Both the position numbers and the translations under genes were made by a program. From Deltaproteobacteria bacterium (GTDB lineage: Bacteria; Desulfobacterota; GWC2-55-46; JAJCZF01): DNA of 64,000 bases. Below are positions 56,510 to 64,000 of this stretch, one piece after another. Position 1 is the first letter of the stretch. Each line of letters begins with the position of its first letter. The stretch lies in NCBI GenBank assembly GCA_029262535.1, contig JAJCZF010000083.1:37094-101093 (forward strand), in the 5' to 3' direction. The notes below the pieces were generated by a model. The model worked only from the letters and a program-made list of their open reading frames with translations. It was not told the DNA's origin and did not search any database.

Positions 56510-58651
56510 ATGAATACTAAAGACTTCGTAAAAGAGATAAAGCTTCATATAGAGGCCAGGTATCCGGTCCTTTGGCTCGTAAGCTTTGAAGAGCGACGCG
56601 TTGAAAAGGTCGTTGAAGAGCTTTGCAACAAGAGCGATACGCACTACTGGTCCTGGTCGGTCTCGCGCGGCCTTCGTAGCGGTAAGGACAGAAAGAAGGT
56701 CGAAAAGGTTGGACGCGAAAAGATCCTCACGACCATAGAAGAGAAGATAACAAAGAACGAAAATGTCAATAATCTCTTCGTCTTAAAGGATATCGCAACC
56801 TACTTCCACTCGCACGAGTTCCTGCGCAAGTTCCGCGATATACCGGAAATAACCGAAGAAAATCGCGCGCTTAATACCGTATGCATCCTTAGCCCGACGC
56901 TTAGCGAGATCCCGCCGGAGCTTGAAGAGGATATCGTCATAATCGAGCTGTCTCTGCCCGAATATGAAGAGATAGAAGAGCTAGTCCTAAAGACCTTTGG
57001 ACATATGATACCGAAAGAGTGGCACGATTCGACGCGCTCGGTCCTCTATAAGTCGCTTCAGGGCCTTTCTATGGATAATATCCGACGTGTTGTCAGAAAA
57101 GCGGTTAGCATCAACGATAATGTGCTAGACGAAAACTGCATCCAGTTCATACAGGACGAGAAACAACAGATAATAAAGAAGCAGCAGATACTCGACTACT
57201 ACCCGCACCGCGAGTCGATGGAGCATATCGGCGGCCTAGACGAGATAAAGAAGTGGTTCAACGAGCGTGAGCACGTATTTCGCCTCTCGAACGAGCGGAT
57301 CAACGGACTCGGCCTCGACATACCAAAAGGCCTGCTTCTCATAGGCGTACCCGGTTCGGGTAAATCTCTCTGCTGTAAGGCGCTTTCGGGCATATGGAAC
57401 CTTCCGCTCTTACGCATGGATGTCGGGCGTATATTCGGCTCTACCGTTGGTGAGTCGGAGAAGAATATACGCCGCTGCATCCAGCTGGCCGAGGCCGTAA
57501 GCCCGTGTATCCTCTGGATAGACGAGATAGACAAGGCATTTGGCGGCATACAGGGCTTTCAGGGCGACTCGGGCACGCAGCTGCGAGTATTCGGCACATT
57601 CATCACATGGCTTCAGGAGAAGGAAAAACCTGTCTTCGTCATCGCCACGGCGAACGAACCAAAGAACCTTCCGCCCGAACTATGGCGTAAGGGGCGTTAC
57701 GACGAGGTATTCTTTGTGGACCTGCCGAGCGCCGACGAGCGCGAGGATATCTTTAGGATACACCTCGAACGCAAAAACCAGGAGGTATCGCGCCTGAACC
57801 TTACCGACTTTGCCCAAAATAGCCAGGGCTATACCGGGGCCGAGATCGAACAGGCCGTAAAGGACGCCATCGTCGCCAACTTCAACAAGGTTCACGATGG
57901 CAGGAACTTCGAAGAGGCCGAAGACTTCATCAACGATATGGATACGATTGCCGTATCGCAGGACGAGATACTTGAGTCACTCAGGAATATCACGCCTCTA
58001 TCGGCCCTCAAGAAGGAAGAGATAGACGAGCTGCGCAAGTGGTCGCACCAGCGCGCACGCCCCGCCTCTCGCTCGCTCTTTCATCAGAGGGCGGAGTCAC
58101 TCAGCCCCGAAGAGCGTCGCAACCTCTCCATACACGAGGCGGGTCACACCATAACCATGTGGTATCATTTCAAAAAAGGTCCGGCATTCATGTCGATCGA
58201 TACCTACAAGGAATACGGCTCCTACCTGCCGATGGACGAGTCTTCCATGAAATCCTCCACAAAACGGGACCTTGAGAGGGAGATCGGCATAATACTCGGC
58301 GGCATGGTCGCAGAAGACGAGATGGGCGGGCTCGACTCGCGCACGGTCGGGGCCTCGCACGACCTCTCACAGGCCACGTCGCGCGCCAAGCAGATGGTCG
58401 TTGAATACGGTTTTGGCGATAATATCAGAAATACCAGCCTCATGGAGGTGCAGGACTACGCCCTCATATCGGGCCGCGAGATTTTGGAAGATATACAGAA
58501 GATAATAGATACGGCAAGGGAAGAGACCGAGGAGATAATAAACGAGAACAAAGAGGTCTTGGAAGCTCTCGTTCTATTACTCATCGAAAGCGTGCTCTTG
58601 AATCACGATGATATAGTACGCTTCTTTGCAAAACACCCTCTAAAGGACTGA
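56510..58651 (+). CDS. Soluble AAA+ ATPase (Ycf46-like N-terminus) fused to an FtsH-type M41 peptidase-like domain
   Basis: 713 aa with no TM segment. N-terminal IEARYPVLWLVSFEERRVE; Walker A GVPGSGKS (57344-57367); Walker B ILWIDEID; KGRYDEVFFVDLP; C-terminal HEAGH (58133-58147) and VGASHDLSQAT, as in FtsH. Confidence 0.85.
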   Translation: MNTKDFVKEIKLHIEARYPVLWLVSFEERRVEKVVEELCNKSDTHYWSWSVSRGLRSGKDRKKVEKVGREKILTTIEEKITKNENVNNLFVLKDIATYFHSHEFLRKFRDIPEITEENRALNTVCILSPTLSEIPPELEEDIVIIELSLPEYEEIEELVLKTFGHMIPKEWHDSTRSVLYKSLQGLSMDNIRRVVRKAVSINDNVLDENCIQFIQDEKQQIIKKQQILDYYPHRESMEHIGGLDEIKKWFNEREHVFRLSNERINGLGLDIPKGLLLIGVPGSGKSLCCKALSGIWNLPLLRMDVGRIFGSTVGESEKNIRRCIQLAEAVSPCILWIDEIDKAFGGIQGFQGDSGTQLRVFGTFITWLQEKEKPVFVIATANEPKNLPPELWRKGRYDEVFFVDLPSADEREDIFRIHLERKNQEVSRLNLTDFAQNSQGYTGAEIEQAVKDAIVANFNKVHDGRNFEEAEDFINDMDTIAVSQDEILESLRNITPLSALKKEEIDELRKWSHQRARPASRSLFHQRAESLSPEERRNLSIHEAGHTITMWYHFKKGPAFMSIDTYKEYGSYLPMDESSMKSSTKRDLEREIGIILGGMVAEDEMGGLDSRTVGASHDLSQATSRAKQMVVEYGFGDNIRNTSLMEVQDYALISGREILEDIQKIIDTAREETEEIINENKEVLEALVLLLIESVLLNHDDIVRFFAKHPLKD

Positions 58652-58659
58652 GGTGAGCC

Positions 58660-58998
58660 ATGTCATTTTTCACGGTTCTTAAGACCGAAATATCGAATAA
58701 GGATAATATGATCCTCGCCCTAAGATCTCTTGAAGAGTCGGGCGAGATACAGCGCCTCACCATCAACGAGGCAAAAGAGTCCATCGAAGTCGACCGCGAC
58801 GGCGACATCATGACGATTGAGAAGGAAAAGACCGGCACATACAATGTCGCAGGCAACAATACCGCCGTCGAACCCTTTTCAAAGAGACTCAAACAGATCT
58901 ACGCCTTGCAGACGATAAAGGAAAACCTGCCGCTCGACTTCGAGATATCGGAAGAGAGCGAGATAGCCGGAGAGATTCGGATTCTCCTAAAGGGATAA
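58660..58998 (+). CDS. DUF1257 (Ycf35)-like small protein
   Basis: 112 aa with GAGGTGAG RBS 8 nt after the upstream stop. The N-terminus MSFFTVLKTEISNKDNMILALRSLE resembles the remembered DUF1257 start MSHFTTIKT.I.D...L..AL.DLG. Confidence 0.65.
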   Translation: MSFFTVLKTEISNKDNMILALRSLEESGEIQRLTINEAKESIEVDRDGDIMTIEKEKTGTYNVAGNNTAVEPFSKRLKQIYALQTIKENLPLDFEISEESEIAGEIRILLKG

Positions 58999-58999
58999 T

Positions 59000-59200
59000 A
59001 TGGATAGAGAGATAAATATACGCATACTGCCGGACGGCAAGGTCGAAATCGACTCGACCGTCTTTAACGACTGCACAGAAGTCGCAAACCACCTCTCGAA
59101 ACATATCGGACAGGTCGAGTCCTTTCGGGTCAAAGAGGAACACGACCACTCCGACTCGAAGCTCGACAAGGGGGTAAAGGTGGATAAAAGCGATGGCTGA
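59000..59200 (+). CDS. DUF2997-like small protein
   Basis: 66 aa starting 1 nt after the upstream stop. INIRILPDGKVEIDS..F.DCTEV...L...IG resembles the remembered DUF2997 pattern. Confidence 0.55.
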   Translation: MDREINIRILPDGKVEIDSTVFNDCTEVANHLSKHIGQVESFRVKEEHDHSDSKLDKGVKVDKSDG

Positions 59201-59774
59201 CCAAGATAACGATATACGCATCAAGGCCCATGCCGTGCTCATGTCGAGCGACGTAAACGGGCCGGGAAGGCGCGCCGTTATATTCTTTCAGGGCTGCCCC
59301 TTCGACTGTGACGGCTGCTTCAACCCGGAGACACACTCCGAGTCGGACGGATATATGGTCAGCCCCAAAGAGATACTCGACGGCCTGCGTACCGACGAGA
59401 TAGAGGGTATCACCGTTAGCGGCGGCGACCCCTTTATGCAACCCGGCCCTCTTACCGAACTTCTGCGCCTTGCGCGCGACGAGTACGGGCTATCGACCGT
59501 CGTCTATACAGGTTACACGATAGAGCTCTTAAGAAAGAAAGCCGAGCTTGCAAGGCCGCTCGAATATATAGACGTTCTCATAGACGGCGGATTCGTGAGC
59601 CACCTGATGGAGCCCACGCTGCTTGCGCGCGGCTCGACCAACCAGCGCTTTCACTTTCTGACCGACTATTATGAGATAGGCGACTTCTACATGCCCTCAA
59701 AGGCCGAGATCGTAATACGGCCGGACGGCACCATTACCGGCACCGGCTTTAGAGAGACCCTTGGTCACCATTAA
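59193..59774 (+). CDS. NrdG/PflA-type radical-SAM activating enzyme
   Basis: 193 aa overlapping the upstream gene by 8 nt. NGPGRRAVIFFQGCPFDCDGCFNPETH carries CX3CX2C (59295-59318), and GITVSGGDPF is the SAM-binding GGE-like motif. Confidence 0.8.
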   Translation: MADQDNDIRIKAHAVLMSSDVNGPGRRAVIFFQGCPFDCDGCFNPETHSESDGYMVSPKEILDGLRTDEIEGITVSGGDPFMQPGPLTELLRLARDEYGLSTVVYTGYTIELLRKKAELARPLEYIDVLIDGGFVSHLMEPTLLARGSTNQRFHFLTDYYEIGDFYMPSKAEIVIRPDGTITGTGFRETLGHH

Positions 59775-59814
59775 AGTAGCCGGATTTCAAATTGAAAAAT
59801 TAAAGCGGCTCTAG

Positions 59815-59834
59815 GGAGTACTACGGAGTACTAC
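59815..59834 (+). repeat. Tandem 10-mer (GGAGTACTAC)x2
   Basis: Exact direct duplication 24 nt upstream of the Hsp70-like ATG. Each unit contains the palindrome AGTACT. Confidence 0.8.
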
Positions 59835-59857
59835 CCAGGCAACGCCGATAGCTAAAA

Positions 59858-62659
59858 ATGACCGAAGCTACCCCTGACGAGACATTTGAAGATATAAAGG
59901 CCATCTCCGACACCAAGGAGCGGAAGCTCGCCATGTTGCGCCTGCTCAAAGAGCTGGACGACTCCCCTTCAAACGCGCCTATATATGCCGGAGCCAAGGA
60001 GATCTTTTGTGCCCTTCCAGAGGAGGACGAGAAACGCGCGGCCCTGCACGAACTCATAATCTCGCTACCGATGGAGTCCTACTTTCTCGATATCTATCAC
60101 GACATCATATTCATCCTGCTCGACTCTGCCGAAAGGATCGAAGGCCAGAGATACCGTAAGTCTCAGCTCCTGCGTATCGCCAGCGAGATTCCTCTGGAGC
60201 CTGAATTTTTTCCTCTATTTAAAGACGCCATTAATCGCACCATCACGGCCTCTAACGCCTGCGACGAACTATTCGTAAGAAGGTACGCCCTCTTTAATAT
60301 AGCCGAACGCCTGCCCCTGGACGAAGAGTTTACCGAGATGCGCTACCGCGCCCTCTCGCTCGCGCTCGGCCTCTCAGACGAAGCACCGGAGCGCAGAGAC
60401 TCATGGGAGCTACTTGCATTTGAGCTACCCAAGGTATGCGACTATACTTTTTTCGTAGATAATACATTTCTGGGCATTGCCATCAGGATGCCCAAGACCG
60501 GTGTCTTTCGCCCCCTCTATATGCAGGCCATTGAGATTGCGCTTGAGGCCTCCGACCATATGGAGGAGCCCTATTTTAAAAAATACGCCCTGCTATACAT
60601 AGCGAAATCCCTTCCTAAGGAAGAGGTCTTCGAACCTCTCTACAGAAGGGCGCTCGAAAAGACCTGTGAAGCGGCAATGGATATCCGCGATCCTTTCATC
60701 AACCACATCACAGTGCTTGAGATACTCGAAGTATTACCAAAGACAGAGGCCTATTACCCGCTGATACTAACGCTCATAGAAAAGGTCCTGCCATTTTACT
60801 CGGTTAAGAGCAGGATAGACGACGTGGCGCTCCTGGACGTAATAGACTACATCATCATCGCCGAAGAACGCAAGATCGGCGAATCCAAAAAGAATCGCTA
60901 TACGCGCGAATCATACGCCAGAACATTTGCAAAAGTCCTGCTCTCCTTCGGTCTCGACCTGACCGACGTGCGCTTTATCGAACCTCTAAAACCCTATACG
61001 CATGTATGGATAAAACCCCCGGAACTTCGCGAAGCGGCCAGCAAGGTCGTCAACCACCTCGAAGGGCTAAAGACCCTCTACCACGGCGCAGAGCTACTGC
61101 GTCCCTTAATGGTATCGGAGAAACATCGCGGCGAAGAAGGCTTGTACCGGGGTATGAAAGAGGACGCCACGATGCGCGAGGCGAGCGACACAATCGTCAT
61201 CGACATCGGCGCGTCAAATACCATCATCATGAAAAAACGCCTCAAAGGGCGCGCAAACTATGTAGAGTTCAACGAGATATCGAGACGTTTCGGAGATGTC
61301 GTCACCATCCCTACCGTCTACAACGAACGCACCGACACCATCGGCACGGCGGCCTTAGAAGACGACGCCTCCCGTAAAGGTGTTAACATAAAAAAACTGC
61401 TTATCGGCGGCAACCCGCGCGGACGCGACCAGATGGCCCATTTCTTTAACCTCTTATTCGAGCGCATAAAGGAAGAACTCCAGCCGCGCGGCTGGAGAAA
61501 GATCATCTCAAGCGCACCGAGTGAGACATTTTATATAACCGTGCCGGTCGGCCTCACCGACTACAAAAACCGCCTCAAGGATATCATCACCGCCGAGGCA
61601 AAGGGCATACAGGCCGAGTTTATCGAAGAGCCGCTGGCCGCCGCCATAGGTTATCAGGTCGCCGAAGAGAGCGAAAAGCTTGTTATGCTGATGGACTTCG
61701 GCGGCTGTACGCTCGACGTCATGGCGCTTCGCATCTCGAGCGGGACCGTTCATGTCGTAGCCAAACCGGATCGCTCACAGCTCGTCGGCGGTCAGGATAT
61801 CGATTACTGGTTGGCCGAATACCTTGGCGAACGCGCCGAGCTGTCGGTCATCGGCAGCGAGCCGCACGCGGCCCTCATCAAAAAGGCGGAAGCGCTGAAG
61901 ATCGCTCTCTCGTCTCACCATGAAGTCCCCTTCGTATGGGAAGGTAGTGAACTCTTCAAGGTAACGCTACAGGATTTTGAAGAGCTACTTCAGGACCGCG
62001 ACTTCTACCGCACCGTGGACCGCGCCGCCTCCTTCGTGCTGGCAAAGTGCGCCAAGGTCGGCATCAAGACCGAGAACTTCGAGGCCGTGCTCCTAACGGG
62101 CGGCTCTAGCCAGATACCGTCCTTCAAGGAGAAGGTCGGCCATCTCTTCCCCGCGCTAAGGCGGACAAACGCGATATACGACCACAGCCCGCTATCTGCC
62201 GTCGCAACCGGCGCGGCCTACTACGGCACGCGCGACGTGGTAGACCGCCACCTCGCAATCGCATATGCCGTAAAATATGTAACCGGCGAAAAGAAGATCG
62301 CTCACGAACTGATACTGGAAAAAGGCGAACCCCTGCCCTTCGAACGCACCTTCCGCGCAGACCCCGCCCAAACACTCGGAGAACAGAACCAGATCTCAAT
62401 TGAACTATACGAGATCCCCGACGCCCTGATAACGAGACGCTGGGAGCTGACCGGCGGATTCGAATATATAAAACAGGTAATAAAAGAGTCCGAAGATACC
62501 GAAGATATAGAACTAAAACCGCTAAAGATAATCACCCTGCCCTACAACCGCGAGATCACCGGCGAAGAGGAGGTAACCTTCGTACTCGACGAAACCGGCC
62601 GCCTCAAGATCAAATACGATAAAGGTAAAGAAGTCGATTCGGGGATAAGGCTGCAGTAA
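59858..62659 (+). CDS. Helical-repeat domain fused to an Hsp70/DnaK-like ATPase with lidless beta substrate-binding-like domain
   Basis: 933 aa. Hsp70 motifs IVIDIGASNT, FYITVPVG, EEPLAAAIGY, MLMDFGGCTLDV, GGQDID, VLLTGGSSQIPSF and PLSAVATGAAYYG. The N-terminal 430 aa contain about 8 repeats of a ~40-aa unit. Confidence 0.8.
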   Translation: MTEATPDETFEDIKAISDTKERKLAMLRLLKELDDSPSNAPIYAGAKEIFCALPEEDEKRAALHELIISLPMESYFLDIYHDIIFILLDSAERIEGQRYRKSQLLRIASEIPLEPEFFPLFKDAINRTITASNACDELFVRRYALFNIAERLPLDEEFTEMRYRALSLALGLSDEAPERRDSWELLAFELPKVCDYTFFVDNTFLGIAIRMPKTGVFRPLYMQAIEIALEASDHMEEPYFKKYALLYIAKSLPKEEVFEPLYRRALEKTCEAAMDIRDPFINHITVLEILEVLPKTEAYYPLILTLIEKVLPFYSVKSRIDDVALLDVIDYIIIAEERKIGESKKNRYTRESYARTFAKVLLSFGLDLTDVRFIEPLKPYTHVWIKPPELREAASKVVNHLEGLKTLYHGAELLRPLMVSEKHRGEEGLYRGMKEDATMREASDTIVIDIGASNTIIMKKRLKGRANYVEFNEISRRFGDVVTIPTVYNERTDTIGTAALEDDASRKGVNIKKLLIGGNPRGRDQMAHFFNLLFERIKEELQPRGWRKIISSAPSETFYITVPVGLTDYKNRLKDIITAEAKGIQAEFIEEPLAAAIGYQVAEESEKLVMLMDFGGCTLDVMALRISSGTVHVVAKPDRSQLVGGQDIDYWLAEYLGERAELSVIGSEPHAALIKKAEALKIALSSHHEVPFVWEGSELFKVTLQDFEELLQDRDFYRTVDRAASFVLAKCAKVGIKTENFEAVLLTGGSSQIPSFKEKVGHLFPALRRTNAIYDHSPLSAVATGAAYYGTRDVVDRHLAIAYAVKYVTGEKKIAHELILEKGEPLPFERTFRADPAQTLGEQNQISIELYEIPDALITRRWELTGGFEYIKQVIKESEDTEDIELKPLKIITLPYNREITGEEEVTFVLDETGRLKIKYDKGKEVDSGIRLQ

Positions 62660-62676
62660 AGACGCGACCAAACCCC

Positions 62677-62708
62677 CGTAGGTTGGGTTACGTCTTTCAA
62701 CCCAACAT
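62677..62708. repeat. GTAGGTTGGGT...ACCCAAC-family repeat (inverted orientation)
   Basis: cgtaggttgggttacgtctttcaacccaacat. Confidence 0.6.
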
Positions 62709-62828
62709 ATAGCCGTATGCTAGTCAGTGCCCACCGCCTTTCATATAATAATAAAGACTGGCCTTGCCAGTTCAGGTTTGTAACCTGAACCGAAACTTTA
62801 AAAAGATGTAGCTGCTACAAAATCTCAG

Positions 62829-63226
62829 CCGGGCTTCGCCGTGCGGGTCTGTGAAGACTGGTATTTTTTGTCTTGCTTCGCGCTTTGTGGGGGGAGTTAC
62901 GCTCTCTGATTCCGTCGCAAAAGCGCTCCTCCCTTTATGTTCGCTCCACCCCCCACGGGGGTGTTTTTTTTTTGTAAGGATGAGGACGATTAGATAGAGA
63001 CAAATGCACGATGCATTGGCTCCGCCCTCTTCCCTCACGGCGCGCGCCATTCCCTTTCGCACCGCTCCTATTGGAACGGTCGGGATGCTCAAAAACGTGA
63101 ATAGCACCCGCCGTAGCACGCAATGCGTGCGTTAATTTCGCGCAACCACCACCGAGTAGTTTGCAAATCCTTCCAAGCGCGAAATAACCGGCCCTCTTCC
63201 TCAAGGTTAAAAACATTGTTTTAAAA
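62829..63226 (+). repeat. Non-coding element, copy B (~400 nt)
   Basis: Collinear with 31214-31718 apart from a 104-nt indel and scattered substitutions. Confidence 0.8.
62947..62973 (+). terminator. Intrinsic terminator inside element copy B
   Basis: CACCCCC-cac-GGGGGTG followed by T10. Confidence 0.6.
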
Positions 63227-63286
63227 TCAATAACTCTTAATAAAGTGGGCTGTGCGAACATAGTATTCGCACAACCCACACATTAA

Positions 63287-63460
63287 CTATTTTTCCTTTC
63301 TTACCCCCTTAAAAGGGCTATCATCTGCCTTCTGGTCCATAAACCTACCAGTCTCTGTATCTCTCTTGACCCATTTGTCTGTCTTGGGATTATGAGTTTG
63401 ACTCCTGCCTTTTACTGCACCTACACGCTTGTTATCACCATAAGGTTTGTTTCTTGCCAC
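63287..63460 (-). CDS. Small basic protein (57 aa) of unknown function
   Basis: GTG 63460 lies 4 nt after AAGGAGAA. Sequence VARNKPYGDNKRVGAVKGRSQTHNPKTDKWVKRDTETGRFMDQKADDSPFKGVRKEK. The 87-aa track ORF extends through a terminator hairpin. Confidence 0.5.
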   Translation of the reverse strand: MARNKPYGDNKRVGAVKGRSQTHNPKTDKWVKRDTETGRFMDQKADDSPFKGVRKEK

Positions 63461-63494
63461 GATATTCTCCTTTAATAGTTTTAGATTAAAAAAA

Positions 63495-63520
63495 GGGAGA
63501 GGCGCAAACGCGCCTCTCCC
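63495..63520. terminator. Hairpin between two small genes
   Basis: GGGAGAGGCGC-aaac-GCGCCTCTCCC flanked by A/T runs. Confidence 0.55.
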
Positions 63521-63525
63521 TTTAA

Positions 63526-63642
63526 TTAGGCTTTCACCCATATTGCCCACGCTTTCAAACCAAAATCCTTGGCATATACACGCTTGCCATTTTTGGTAAT
63601 CCAGGCGCGAAAAATGAGTCGCCTTCTAGCTTTCTTAGCCAT
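63526..63642 (-). CDS. Tiny basic protein (38 aa), absent from the ORF track
   Basis: ATG 63642 lies 8 nt after GGAGG. Sequence MAKKARRRLIFRAWITKNGKRVYAKDFGLKAWAIWVKA. Confidence 0.45.
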   Translation of the reverse strand: MAKKARRRLIFRAWITKNGKRVYAKDFGLKAWAIWVKA

Positions 63643-63794
63643 AATAGTCTACCTCCTCTCCGGAAAGAGACAGATCTTGACTAAAAGCATTCTTTATTAT
63701 AAAATAAAGCTTCGCCTTGACGCTTATAGTCAAGATCCCAATTTCCTATATTTGGGAAAAATTCCCACTAGCCCGCAAAGCTAGTGGGTTTTTT

Positions 63795-64000
63795 TTATTT
63801 CAATGCAATAATTAGCATATCATCTTCGACACTCCACACAGGCTTATAAGAAGTCGTCTTCTCTGGCCTTATTTCATAAAAGTCCATAAAGGATTTTGCG
63901 GGGACATATGCGTCAAACTCTTTAACATGCAATTTAAGAGTATTGCTTTTTATCTCGTTAGTCAGACGCACCCCCACTCTGCGTTCATCCTTATCATAAA
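63795..64000 (-). CDS. Hypothetical protein, 5'-truncated by window edge
   Basis: The frame stays open to position 64000 (...YDKDERRVGVRLTNEIK...MLIIALK*). No motif recognised. Confidence 0.3.
   Translation of the reverse strand, partial: YDKDERRVGVRLTNEIKSNTLKLHVKEFDAYVPAKSFMDFYEIRPEKTTSYKPVWSVEDDMLIIALK

Noticed and set aside
57581-57598. LRVFGT in the AAA+ protein as a possible glycyl-radical motif for the neighbouring activase
   Set aside because: It does not fit RV(S/A/C)G(Y/F/W). It lies in the middle of the AAA+ core between Walker B and sensor 1, not near a C-terminus as in glycyl-radical enzymes.
59842-59849. GCCGATAG (7/8 of the sigma-28 -10 box) 9 nt before the Hsp70-like ATG
   Set aside because: It is too close to the start codon, and no TAAA -35 element lies at the required distance.
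63461-63550. N-terminal 30 aa of the 87-aa track ORF 63287-63550
   Set aside because: The extension is translated through a GC-rich terminator hairpin and has no RBS. An internal GTG with AAGGAGAA 4 nt upstream is a far better start.

Overview
This is a 64-kb chromosomal window from a flagellated diderm bacterium. The lineage cannot be fixed from sequence alone. The gene content (sigma-54 activators, HD-GYP/HDOD, c-type cytochromes, NHL/TPR envelope proteins) suggests an anaerobic deltaproteobacteria-like or Nitrospirota-like genome, but that is inference. Coding density is high. Housekeeping content: queH-ruvB-ruvA-ruvC-yebC on the minus strand, separated by REP-like palindromes; two NtrC-type sigma-54 activators and a PAS histidine kinase; thiE; an M50 protease; glgA; two flagellin genes; and a nitrogen operon (porin-like gene, amt, glnK, amt) with a good sigma-54 promoter and an upstream ANTAR regulator. 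Five unusual regions stand out. (i) A c-di-GMP hub at 1-7.6 kb holds an HD-GYP response regulator, an HDOD protein, a GEMM-I-type riboswitch with intrinsic terminator, and an orphan PilB/GspE-type ATPase with two tandem MshEN-like modules. (ii) A ~14-kb envelope cluster (13.7-27.9 kb) holds an NHL lipoprotein, a tetrahaem paired-CXXCH cytochrome, two TMTC-like TPR membrane proteins, a parvulin, a monohaem cytochrome, two FGE/SUMF1-domain proteins (one with two CXXCH motifs), a membrane-fused spermidine-synthase-like protein and a 677-aa putative barrel. (iii) A 911-aa orphan protein carries cryptic class III nucleotidyl-cyclase motifs. (iv) A tightly coupled five-gene cassette (56.5-62.7 kb) encodes a soluble Ycf46-like AAA+ fused to an FtsH-type M41 peptidase, DUF1257-like and DUF2997-like small proteins, an NrdG-type radical-SAM activase with no visible substrate, and a helical-repeat::Hsp70 fusion. 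This is my best candidate for an undescribed system. (v) Two diverged copies of a 400-500-nt non-coding element lie just 3' of (iii) and (iv), in repeat-rich junk regions that also hold hicBA, an amber-interrupted small ORF and tiny basic-protein genes. All family calls come from motifs read by eye and need profile-HMM/Rfam confirmation.
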